NCBI GenBank assembly: GCA_036338695.1
Contig: JAYZBQ010000048.1
Location: 352,001-416,000, forward strand
Direction of reading: 5' to 3'
Source of the DNA: Myxococcota bacterium
GTDB lineage: Bacteria > Myxococcota > UBA4151
DNA length: 64,000 nucleotides
The notes beneath the pieces were generated by a model. That model worked only from the letters and a program-made list of their open reading frames with translations. It was not told the DNA's origin and did not search any database. Of this stretch, positions 8,789 through 17,363 are shown one piece after another. The translations under genes were made by a program, and so were the position numbers. Within the stretch, counting starts at the first letter, position 1. The number at the start of each line of letters is the position of its first letter.

Positions 8789-9432
8789 TCCTCGGGCTCC
8801 TCGCCTGCGGTGAAGCGCCGCCTCGTGAGCCGTCTGAAGACGCAGGGCCGCCTGTTGTTGACGCAGGCATCCCCCTCGCAGAGCTTCCATTTGCTACCGA
8901 GGTGGTCGATTTTTCTCCCGGACCAGGAGCCGGATTTGGACAGGTGGATTTTCCCGAGATCGTCTTAGGCCCACCCAAAGGATACGGTCCTCAGCGCGGC
9001 AGCACCGATGTCCTTAGCTTAGGTCACGGCGGCAGCATCACCCTCGGGTTCGCTCCTCGAGTGATCATCGATGGCCCCGGTGAAGACTTTCTTGTCTTTG
9101 AGAACCCGTTCTGGGTTGGGGCATCACCGGATAACGTCTTCTCTGAGCTAGGAAGTGTCGAAGTCAGCTCAGATGGTGATAACTGGTATCAATTTCAGTG
9201 TAATTCGCAACAAATACCACCTGATCAATGTGCTGGATACACACCGACTGAGCGGTTTGACAGCACCCAACCGTTAACACCAGATCGCTGCGGCGGCGAC
9301 GGCTTTGACCTCGCTGCGCTCGGGCTCACCGAGGTCCGTTTTGTCCGCATCACCGACCTGAGTCACTCGGGCGGTGCCCCCAGCGCCGGCTTCGACCTCG
9401 ACGCCGTCGGGCTGATTCATTACCGCAAATGA
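8749..9432 (+). CDS. Predicted cell-surface lipoprotein (BtuH-like candidate)
   Basis: Lipobox LLA-C; start could be GTG 8764. Motifs FATEVVDFSPG, VLSLGHGGSITLGF, DFLVFENPF, VEVSSDG, GGDGFDL, GFDLDAV. Confidence 0.65.
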   Translation: MRRLCVDQARAALILGLLACGEAPPREPSEDAGPPVVDAGIPLAELPFATEVVDFSPGPGAGFGQVDFPEIVLGPPKGYGPQRGSTDVLSLGHGGSITLGFAPRVIIDGPGEDFLVFENPFWVGASPDNVFSELGSVEVSSDGDNWYQFQCNSQQIPPDQCAGYTPTERFDSTQPLTPDRCGGDGFDLAALGLTEVRFVRITDLSHSGGAPSAGFDLDAVGLIHYRK

Positions 9433-11327
9433 TCCCTCTGCTCCTGCTGACCTCGCTCACGCAAGGTCCCGTCCAAAAAGGGACGCGCCCGAGCGATCCG
9501 CTGCGCCAAGATCAGGGTGAGCGGATTGGGCTCGAGAGCCCCTTGATCGATGGTTCTGACTGGGAGGCAATTCTCAGCCAAGAGCTTGAGTTGCGCGTGA
9601 CAAAGTCTGCCTCACTGCTGGCGCCGCTGAGCTTATCCTGGCGAGGGAGCCGAACAGCACAAATCCAATGGACCCTCGATGGTCTACCGCTCGGTGATGC
9701 GCTCGGAGGCGCCGCCGGCTTACGCAGTCTGGACCCGCAGCTCTTTGGTCGGCTGACCGCCTTCGCCTCGAGCGGTTCATCAACCGACGCACCCATCGGT
9801 GGAGAGCTGGCGCTCAGCAGCTCACGCTCAACCCAACAAGCCCAACTGACCGTCGATCAGTTAGGACGCACGGCATGGAGCGTCGGCGTCCGTCATAAGC
9901 GCCGCAGCCTGGCGCTCTCAACCGACCAGACGCCGGGACGATTTAATTACTTTGATGACGGCGCCACGCTCTGGACGTCAAGCGATGACCAGATCAGCCA
10001 GCGGCGCAACAACGACGCCGGACGCGCCGGGTTTTTGTGGCGTGAGCAGCACTCGCCACGCTGGATCACTCGAGTCTTAGTGAGCGCGCTCGCGGGCGGC
10101 GTTCCGGGCAGCGCCAACCAGCCGCTCTTGAGCGTGCGCGAAAAAGAGCGCTTGAGGCTGGTTCACAGCAGCTGGCAGAGCCGTCGCGGGGTGTCTCGAG
10201 TCGATCTCAGCGTCGTAGAGCGGTTCCATCAACTCGACGATCCAAGCGCTGAATTGACCGGACTTTTCGGGCTCCAACCCCAAAGCCTCGGGCGCCGCTT
10301 GTTCGCCAATTGGCGCTATCAACAACGTACCCACGCGCAGAGCTTTGAGGTGCACTTACGCGGCGTAGGTGACCACCTCACACGCCAACCCGGACCCACC
10401 TCAGCGTGGGCTTCGGGATACCGTCTCAAGTCGCAGCTTGGCGGGACCTACCGGCGGCGTCTAAGCCCTTCGCTCCAGGCGACCGGATGGATCATGGCGA
10501 GCCTCGTGGATGACCGCAATAAAGCGTTGATCGCTCAGCTACCCGAGTCGCTTCAGGCCACAGAACCGAGCGATCACGGTCTCTTCTGGTCGCCCGGTAT
10601 GAGCCTTTCGATCACACCGAGCGCTCGGCTGCGTCTGATCGCAGGCCATCGTCCGCCTACGCTGCTCGAGCGCGTCGGACAACACGGTGGTCTGCGCGGC
10701 AACCCTGCGCTTCGCCCTGAGCGCTCATGGACGCTCGACGGGCGCATGATCAGGCGCATCGCAACCCTCGAGCTTCGAGGCTCAAGCTACGCGCGCCGGA
10801 GCGTCGACCTGATCGACTGGAACGCCACCAGCTTTGGGCGCGCCATGCCGATTAATCGAGCGCTGGTCACCATCGCTGGTGTTAACGTGAGCGCCCGCTG
10901 GCGCACCCAAAAAATCGACACGCGCCTAGCCTATCGATGGCAAGGTGAGTGGGCTCTTGACAGCCCGCTCGATCAGCAGCCTAAGCGCCTGTCAGGCAGC
11001 TCAGAGCACGTCGGGCGCTGGACCCTGTATTGGACCCCTAAAGCGTGGCGAGTTGGCGTCGGCTTGGACGCAAAAAGCCCTTATTATTTTGACGCCGCTA
11101 ACCTGCGACGCGTCCGATCACAGCCGCTCTTGAGCGCGCTGATCGAGCGAGAGATGATCCGTGGAATGAAGGTTCAGCTTGCGGTGTACAACGCCTCAAA
11201 TGTTACCAAGGATGAGTTAACTTTGCTCCCGACGCAGCATCGCGTAGACGTCGCTCATCAGGACCGATGGGGTCATCCCCTCCCCGGTCGCAGGCTACAA
11301 CTCGGCGTGAGCTACAACGAACGATGA
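9429..11327 (+). CDS. TonB-dependent outer-membrane receptor, probably cobalamin (BtuB-like)
   Basis: Plug motifs LSWRGS...TLDGLPL...IGGELAL, barrel motif RPPTLLE...GNPALRPERS, C-terminal PLPGR...LGVSY. Downstream of a B12 riboswitch. Confidence 0.82.
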   Translation: MIPLLLLTSLTQGPVQKGTRPSDPLRQDQGERIGLESPLIDGSDWEAILSQELELRVTKSASLLAPLSLSWRGSRTAQIQWTLDGLPLGDALGGAAGLRSLDPQLFGRLTAFASSGSSTDAPIGGELALSSSRSTQQAQLTVDQLGRTAWSVGVRHKRRSLALSTDQTPGRFNYFDDGATLWTSSDDQISQRRNNDAGRAGFLWREQHSPRWITRVLVSALAGGVPGSANQPLLSVREKERLRLVHSSWQSRRGVSRVDLSVVERFHQLDDPSAELTGLFGLQPQSLGRRLFANWRYQQRTHAQSFEVHLRGVGDHLTRQPGPTSAWASGYRLKSQLGGTYRRRLSPSLQATGWIMASLVDDRNKALIAQLPESLQATEPSDHGLFWSPGMSLSITPSARLRLIAGHRPPTLLERVGQHGGLRGNPALRPERSWTLDGRMIRRIATLELRGSSYARRSVDLIDWNATSFGRAMPINRALVTIAGVNVSARWRTQKIDTRLAYRWQGEWALDSPLDQQPKRLSGSSEHVGRWTLYWTPKAWRVGVGLDAKSPYYFDAANLRRVRSQPLLSALIEREMIRGMKVQLAVYNASNVTKDELTLLPTQHRVDVAHQDRWGHPLPGRRLQLGVSYNER

Positions 11328-12373
11328 ACAGAGCGCTTACCGTCTTTTTGATCAGCGTGGGTTGCGCCCCAGCCGAGGCAGAGCCCGTGATCGAAGGCGC
11401 CGTCGACGTCGTCGTCATCGAGAGCGATTACACGACCGGACTCGTCAGCGGCTGGAGCGTTGAATTGGAGCCCACCTCGAGCGCCGTTCCCAGCGCAGGC
11501 GATGCAAAAATCGTGGCGACGACGTCTGGCTATGCGCTGCTTGAGCGCGGCGACATCCACGCCATCACCTTCCTCGATCATGACCTCAACATCGTCCATC
11601 AACACCCCCTGCCCGAAGGCAGTAATCCGCATGACGTCATCGAGACCGACACCGCTTATTGGATCAGCCTGTATCAAGCCTCCGAGGTGGTTCGCTTATC
11701 CAAAGAGACGCTTGAAGAAATCGAGCCGATCGATGGGCGCGCCTGGACCGACGCAGACGGTCGCCCCGAGGCGAGCGATCTTCACCTCAACAGCGATGGG
11801 ACGGTCTATCTAACCGTTCAAAACCTCGATTTTCGTGGCGTCGAGCCTATCCCACCAGAGCAAAGCCAGCTCGTTCACCTGAGCAGTTCCGGCTCACTCA
11901 TCGCCCAATATCCCATCCCGCCAAACCCCTTCGGCTCAGCTCAGCCGCTCGGTGAACATGAGCTCCTCGTCGCCTGCAACGCCGATTGGTCGGTTCAAGC
12001 CGACGCGGGTCTATGGCATCTCGCTCCGTTACGCGACCACGCCGAGCTCTGGGTCAGCGAGATCGAGCTCGGGGGTAATATCCTCGATTTTGCCGTCGCT
12101 GATGAGACCGTCATCATCGTGGTTTCACGACCCGATTTTACGACTGCGTTGGTCCGCTACAATCGCCTGGATCAAACACTCACGAGCCTTGAGGGGGATA
12201 CGCAATCACTCGGTTGTATCGCCCTCATCCATGACCAATGGGTTGTCTGTGATCGCACCAGCGGACGCCCTGGGCTGCGTTTTGTTGACCTCGCAAGCGA
12301 CCGCCTCGAAGAGACGCTGACGCCAACCACCCTCGCACCCTTACAGCTGATATCAGCTCCCTCGGTCCCGTGA
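11324..12373 (+). CDS. Beta-propeller lipoprotein (YncE/BtuG-like)
   Basis: Start at ATG 11324 (ATGA overlap); lipobox SVG-C. SDYTTG, GSNPHDV, YWISLY, DADGRPEA and LTVQNLD propeller-type motifs. Confidence 0.7.
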   Translation: MNRALTVFLISVGCAPAEAEPVIEGAVDVVVIESDYTTGLVSGWSVELEPTSSAVPSAGDAKIVATTSGYALLERGDIHAITFLDHDLNIVHQHPLPEGSNPHDVIETDTAYWISLYQASEVVRLSKETLEEIEPIDGRAWTDADGRPEASDLHLNSDGTVYLTVQNLDFRGVEPIPPEQSQLVHLSSSGSLIAQYPIPPNPFGSAQPLGEHELLVACNADWSVQADAGLWHLAPLRDHAELWVSEIELGGNILDFAVADETVIIVVSRPDFTTALVRYNRLDQTLTSLEGDTQSLGCIALIHDQWVVCDRTSGRPGLRFVDLASDRLEETLTPTTLAPLQLISAPSVP

Positions 12374-12653
12374 GCGCCGCTGAACGCAAAACCCTTCGAG
12401 CGATTGTTGAAAACTCTTGCACATCGAAAGTGATCCGGCCCGCCCCTTCAAACCGATTCGATGAGAACCCCTTTTTCAAAAGCATTTACCTGAGCTTAAT
12501 GAGCTAGATAGATAACTTTTCAAAAGGCCGGATCGCCAACAAAAACAAGGGTTTTTAAAACCCTAATTGATCTTTGCTCCAAGGCACCGGAAAGCGCTTG
12601 TTCGCCTAGGGCCTAAGGGATAGGCTGCGTCCTGCTTAGAGGAGCGATAATCA
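12374..12653. other. Candidate chromosomal replication origin (oriC)
   Basis: AT-rich gap upstream of dnaN. Back-to-back DnaA-box-like pairs at 12405-12423 and 12507-12525, a further box at 12473-12481, then a GC spacer and CAA-CAA-AAA-CAA trios (12537-12548). Apparent GC-skew sign change. Confidence 0.7.
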
Positions 12654-13754
12654 ATGCAATTCTCCATGGAAGCGAAAGCTTTATCGATCGCACTAGGTCG
12701 AGTGATCGGCGTGGTTCAGCACAAATCCAGTCGACCGATCCTGACCTGCGTCTTGATGACCGCTGAGGACGATGGGTCGTTGCATATCGAGAGCACCAAC
12801 ACGGACATCTCGGTCTCTGTTCATCTGGCAGCTAACGTCCAAAAGGCGGGGCGCATCGCTGTGCCAGCGCGCAAATTTGGCGATTATCTCGGCACCCTCC
12901 CGGACGGTGTGATCACCCTAAAAACCAACGACGAGGGTCAGGTGACGGTCACCTCGAGCCGAGGTCAGGGAGAGCTCGCTGGGCAACCAGGTAGCGACTT
13001 TCCGGTGATGCAGAGCTTTGATGATGCGAGCTTCTCGGATGTACCGAGCGTCGAGATGAAACGGGTGCTGACTCAGACGATTCGCTGCGCATCGACCGAT
13101 GACTCGCGCTTTGCGCTGGTTGGGGTGTATGTCCACAGTAAGCCCGACGGCTTACGCTTTGTCGCTACGGACGGACACCGTCTTGCGGTCGCACGCCCTG
13201 GGGCGGGTTTTGCGTGGTCAGTCCCCGCTGACGGCATGATCATGCCGAGCCGAGGCGTTGATGAGCTGCGCAAGTTGATGGATGGACAGGAGAACATCTC
13301 GATTGCGGTCGTGGGGAACCACGCGGTCGCCCGCAGCGAAGACCAGACCCTGTGTATGCGCCTGACCGATGGGACCTTCCCGAACTATGAGCAGGTGATC
13401 CCGAAGGCGAACGACCGACACGCCGTGGTCGATCGAGGGCAGCTGTTGGCTGCTCTGCGTACCGTCTCAGTCTTCTCGTCGCTCAAGACCGGTCAGGTCG
13501 AGATCACGTTCAACTCAGGGGCTTTGGTGATCTCGTCGGTGTCGGATTCGGGCACGGCGCGTGAGGAGTTGCCCTGCGACTACGACGGTCAGGAGCTCCG
13601 GATCGGCTTCAATCATAAGTACTTGCGTGACGCGCTCGAATCGGTGGAGGGCTCGGCCGTGTTGTTCCGCATGGGCGATCACCTCGCACCGGCGGTCGTC
13701 ATGCCGGAGGGCGATGATCACTATCTTTGCGTGATCATGCCGATGCGCCTCTAA
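12654..13754 (+). CDS. dnaN: DNA polymerase III beta sliding clamp
   Basis: RPILTCV, VPARKF, FVATDGHRLA, GTFPNYEQVIP, IGFN, C-terminal VIMPMRL. Confidence 0.98.
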   Translation: MQFSMEAKALSIALGRVIGVVQHKSSRPILTCVLMTAEDDGSLHIESTNTDISVSVHLAANVQKAGRIAVPARKFGDYLGTLPDGVITLKTNDEGQVTVTSSRGQGELAGQPGSDFPVMQSFDDASFSDVPSVEMKRVLTQTIRCASTDDSRFALVGVYVHSKPDGLRFVATDGHRLAVARPGAGFAWSVPADGMIMPSRGVDELRKLMDGQENISIAVVGNHAVARSEDQTLCMRLTDGTFPNYEQVIPKANDRHAVVDRGQLLAALRTVSVFSSLKTGQVEITFNSGALVISSVSDSGTAREELPCDYDGQELRIGFNHKYLRDALESVEGSAVLFRMGDHLAPAVVMPEGDDHYLCVIMPMRL

Positions 13755-13773
13755 GCCCAAAAGGAAGACAGGT

Positions 13774-16473
13774 ATGGCTCGTCAAGCGAGTGCCTGGCGC
13801 GAGACGCTGCAGCTGCCGCAAACCGATTTTGCGATGCGCGCGAATCTTGCCAAACGAGAGCCCGAGTTCCTCAAACGTTGGACTGAGCTCGACACCTTTG
13901 GTCAGCGCATGGAGAAGAACGCCGGGAACCCGACGTTCGTGCTTCATGACGGTCCACCTTACGCCAACGGGGACCTGCACCACGGGCATCTGCTCAACAA
14001 GACGCTCAAAGATGTGGTCCTGCGTTATGTCCGGATGAAGGGCTATGACGCAGACTACCGACCGGGATGGGACTGTCACGGGCTCCCGATCGAGCTAGCG
14101 GTCGATAAGCGCCTCGGAAAGAAAAAGCGTGAGATGAGCACGGCCGAGTTTCGGCGTGCCTGTCGTGCCTACGCTCAAGAGTTCATCGACAGCCAGCGTG
14201 AGGGCTTCAAGCGGCTCGGAATTGAGGGGCGCTGGGACGACCCATACGTCACGATGAGCGCGCCTTATGAAGCCTCGATCACTCGTGAATTTGGTGCGTT
14301 GGTTCGAGCGGGGGGGGTCGTGCGCGGGCTGCGTCCTGTTCACTGGTGCCCCCACTGTGTCACCTCGGTTGCAGACGCCGAGGTTGAGTACCAGGACCAC
14401 CAGAGCCCGTCGATCTACGTCGCCTTTGATCAAGTCAGCCAGGGGCTCGGTGAAGGCGCGGCCTTGGTGATCTGGACCACCACTCCTTGGACCTTACCCG
14501 CTAACCGAGCGGTCTGTGTGCACGCTGAGCTTGATTATGTCGGCTTGCGTGTGGGTCGCCGGTTGTTGATCGTTGCGGAAGCGCTCAAAGATGCCTTCTT
14601 GCAAGCAATTCAAGCGGACGGTGTGGTCGAAGCGCGGTGGAAAGGCAGCGAGCTTGAAGGGGTCGAGCTGCAACATCCCTTTATGGATTTCGAGGTCCCC
14701 GTGATCTTAGGTGATCACGTCACGATTGAGGCGGGTACAGGCTGCGTTCACACCGCACCGGGTCATGGTGAAGACGATTTCCATGTCGGGAAAAGCAATG
14801 GGCTGGAGACGGCGGTACCGGTTGATCGATACGGTCGGTTTACAGACCAAGCGGGTCCGTATGCCAAGGGGAAAGCGGTCGCAAGCAACCCTCAGATCGT
14901 CGCTGACCTAGCCGCCTCAGGGCACCTCCTGAACGCCGAAGGTGAACAGATCCATCACAGCTATCCGCACCACAGCCGGTGCGGACGACCGCTTATGTTT
15001 CGTGCGACGCAGCAGTGGTTTTTGAGCATGGAGCATAACGAGCTGAGGCAGCGTTGTCTCGACGCCATTGAGTCGGTCGAGTGGGTCCCGAATTGGGGGC
15101 AGCGGCGGATCTACGCTATGCTCGAGACGCGCCCTGACTGGTGCCTCTCGCGGCAGCGTGTCTGGGGCGTCCCGATCCCCGCTTTTCACTGCCGCTCCTG
15201 CGCCGAGGTGGTGGTTGATGCGGACTGGATCGATCATCTCGCCAACCTCTTCGCTGAGCACACAAGCGACATCTGGTATGATTGGTCCGTTGAACAGCTC
15301 CTCCCGCAGGGTGCGTGTTGTCCATCCTGTGGCTCCGAAGACTTGGATAAGGACTCGGATATTCTGGACGTCTGGTTCGACTCGGGGGTCTCATACGCCG
15401 CAACGGGTCATGATCAAGACCCGGTCGATCTCTACCTTGAGGGCTCAGATCAACACCGTGGGTGGTTTCACACCACCTTGCTCGAGTCAGTTGCGACGCG
15501 CTCAGCGCCGCCTTACAAGCGCGTCTTGACCCATGGTTTTGTGGTCGATGGGCAAGGAAAGAAGCTCAGCAAATCCAAGAAAAACTTTACGCCAGCGGCG
15601 CAAGAGATTCAGCGCTCAGGCGCCGAACTGATCCGTCTGTGGGCAGCCTCTGCGGATTACCGTGAAGACATCCGGGTCTCGGATGAGATCCTCAAGCGGA
15701 CCTCGGATTCGTACCGTAAGCTGCGCAACACCTTGAAGTTTCTGCTCGGTAACCTAGCCGATTTTGAGCCGGCAGAGCACGCCGTCTCGATCGATGGCTT
15801 GAGCTGGCTCGACGCCGCCGTGCTCGGTGAGCTCGATCAGTTGGTCGCGCAGGTCGATTACCACCTCGGTTGCTTTGCGTTCCACAGCGCTATGCAAGCC
15901 ATCAATGAGTACCTCTCCGGGTTCTCGGCTCGCTACCTCGATATCGCCAAGGATCGTCTCTACTGCGACGCACAAGACGGGCTGCGCCGGCGCGGGACCC
16001 AGACGGTCATCTACCATCACGCCCACACCTTGATTCGCCTGATTGCGCCGATGATGCCGTTTACGGCTGAGGACGCATACGATCACCTCCCTGGGCCGCG
16101 CCAGGCCTCGGTCCATTTGGATGACTTCCCGGTCTCAAGCGGGACGGCGGGGGTCGAGTCGGAGGCGCTCGAGCTGCTGTGGAGCTTGCGTGAGCGGATT
16201 GCGCCTGCGCTGGAACAGTTTCGCCGAGAGAAGCATCATACCTATGAGGCGAGGGTGACGTTGCCGACGTCGGCGCATGAGCGAGAGGTCATGACGACGT
16301 ATGGTCAGGAGTTGGCTGAGCTGTTGTTGGTGGGCGTGGTCGAGTTGGCTGAAGCCGACGAGCCGGTGGTGATTCACCCGGTCGATCAGTCCGCTTGTCC
16401 ACGCTGTTGGCGACCCGACCCTCTCGGGGCAAACGGGTTATGTCACCGCTGCAGCGTCGCCGTGGGGGACTGA
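13774..16473 (+). CDS. ileS: Isoleucine--tRNA ligase (type 1)
   Basis: DGPPYANG-HHGH, PGWDCHGLPIE, WTTTPWTLP, DWCLSRQRVWG, EGSDQHRGWF, KLSKS, C-terminal CPRC..CHRC. Confidence 0.98.
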   Translation: MARQASAWRETLQLPQTDFAMRANLAKREPEFLKRWTELDTFGQRMEKNAGNPTFVLHDGPPYANGDLHHGHLLNKTLKDVVLRYVRMKGYDADYRPGWDCHGLPIELAVDKRLGKKKREMSTAEFRRACRAYAQEFIDSQREGFKRLGIEGRWDDPYVTMSAPYEASITREFGALVRAGGVVRGLRPVHWCPHCVTSVADAEVEYQDHQSPSIYVAFDQVSQGLGEGAALVIWTTTPWTLPANRAVCVHAELDYVGLRVGRRLLIVAEALKDAFLQAIQADGVVEARWKGSELEGVELQHPFMDFEVPVILGDHVTIEAGTGCVHTAPGHGEDDFHVGKSNGLETAVPVDRYGRFTDQAGPYAKGKAVASNPQIVADLAASGHLLNAEGEQIHHSYPHHSRCGRPLMFRATQQWFLSMEHNELRQRCLDAIESVEWVPNWGQRRIYAMLETRPDWCLSRQRVWGVPIPAFHCRSCAEVVVDADWIDHLANLFAEHTSDIWYDWSVEQLLPQGACCPSCGSEDLDKDSDILDVWFDSGVSYAATGHDQDPVDLYLEGSDQHRGWFHTTLLESVATRSAPPYKRVLTHGFVVDGQGKKLSKSKKNFTPAAQEIQRSGAELIRLWAASADYREDIRVSDEILKRTSDSYRKLRNTLKFLLGNLADFEPAEHAVSIDGLSWLDAAVLGELDQLVAQVDYHLGCFAFHSAMQAINEYLSGFSARYLDIAKDRLYCDAQDGLRRRGTQTVIYHHAHTLIRLIAPMMPFTAEDAYDHLPGPRQASVHLDDFPVSSGTAGVESEALELLWSLRERIAPALEQFRREKHHTYEARVTLPTSAHEREVMTTYGQELAELLLVGVVELAEADEPVVIHPVDQSACPRCWRPDPLGANGLCHRCSVAVGD

Positions 16474-17363
16474 TGTTACCGGTATTGATTCAGCTCAGCG
16501 AGACGCTCAAGCTACACACCTATGGCTTGATGATCTTCTTAGGCTTCATCATCGGGCTTAATCTGGCGCAGCGTTATGCGCGCCAGATCGGTGAAGACGA
16601 CGAAGTGATCGGCGATATGGGCTTTTGGCTCTTAGCGTGGGGGCTCGTCGGTGCCCGGGTCTTGTTCATCATCGTTAACTGGAGCACCTACGCCGCCGAT
16701 CCGCTCAAGATTTTTAAAATCTGGGAGGGTGGGCTCGTCTTTTACGGCGGCTTTATCGGCGCCTTTTGTTATTTCATCTGGGCGGTCAAACGGTACCAAA
16801 TGAACCCTTGGCTCACCGGTGATATCTTCATCCCAAGCTTAGCGCTGGGGCATGCTTTTGGACGCCTGGGCTGCTTTGCAGCCGGTTGTTGCTGGGGGCT
16901 CCCGGTCGACCATCACCTCGGCGCCAATTTCCCGGCGGGGAGCGAACCGCTCATCGGAAGCGGTCGACCGACCGGGTCGCTCGCCTATCAGGGGATGCAG
17001 GCGAACGGTGAGATCCCGCTCGCTGAAGGCGGCGGCTTACTCGAGCACACGCCCGATCTGCACCCGGTGCAGCTGTACGAAAGCTTCGGTGAGCTCAGCC
17101 TGTTCTTTATTTTGGTGCTTTGGCGCTACCGTAAAGCCTTTCATGGTCAGATCTTTCTCGCCTGGCTGATGCTTTATCCGCTGCTGCGATCGGTCTGCGA
17201 GACCTTTCGCGGGGACAAGGCGCGCGGTGTAGACATCGTGTTTGGTTTGAGCACCTCTCAGGTGATCTCGGTGTTGGTCGCAGGTGCTGCCTTGGTTGCG
17301 ATTATCACGATCTGGCGCCGGCCTGATGAGCTCGATGCGCCGCAACCGGAGAACAGCGCTTGA
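16473..17363 (+). CDS. lgt: Prolipoprotein diacylglyceryl transferase
   Basis: Start at ATG 16473. LHTYG, GAR, WEGGLVFYGG, GRLGCFAAGCCWG, HPVQLYE. Confidence 0.95.
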   Translation: MLPVLIQLSETLKLHTYGLMIFLGFIIGLNLAQRYARQIGEDDEVIGDMGFWLLAWGLVGARVLFIIVNWSTYAADPLKIFKIWEGGLVFYGGFIGAFCYFIWAVKRYQMNPWLTGDIFIPSLALGHAFGRLGCFAAGCCWGLPVDHHLGANFPAGSEPLIGSGRPTGSLAYQGMQANGEIPLAEGGGLLEHTPDLHPVQLYESFGELSLFFILVLWRYRKAFHGQIFLAWLMLYPLLRSVCETFRGDKARGVDIVFGLSTSQVISVLVAGAALVAIITIWRRPDELDAPQPENSA

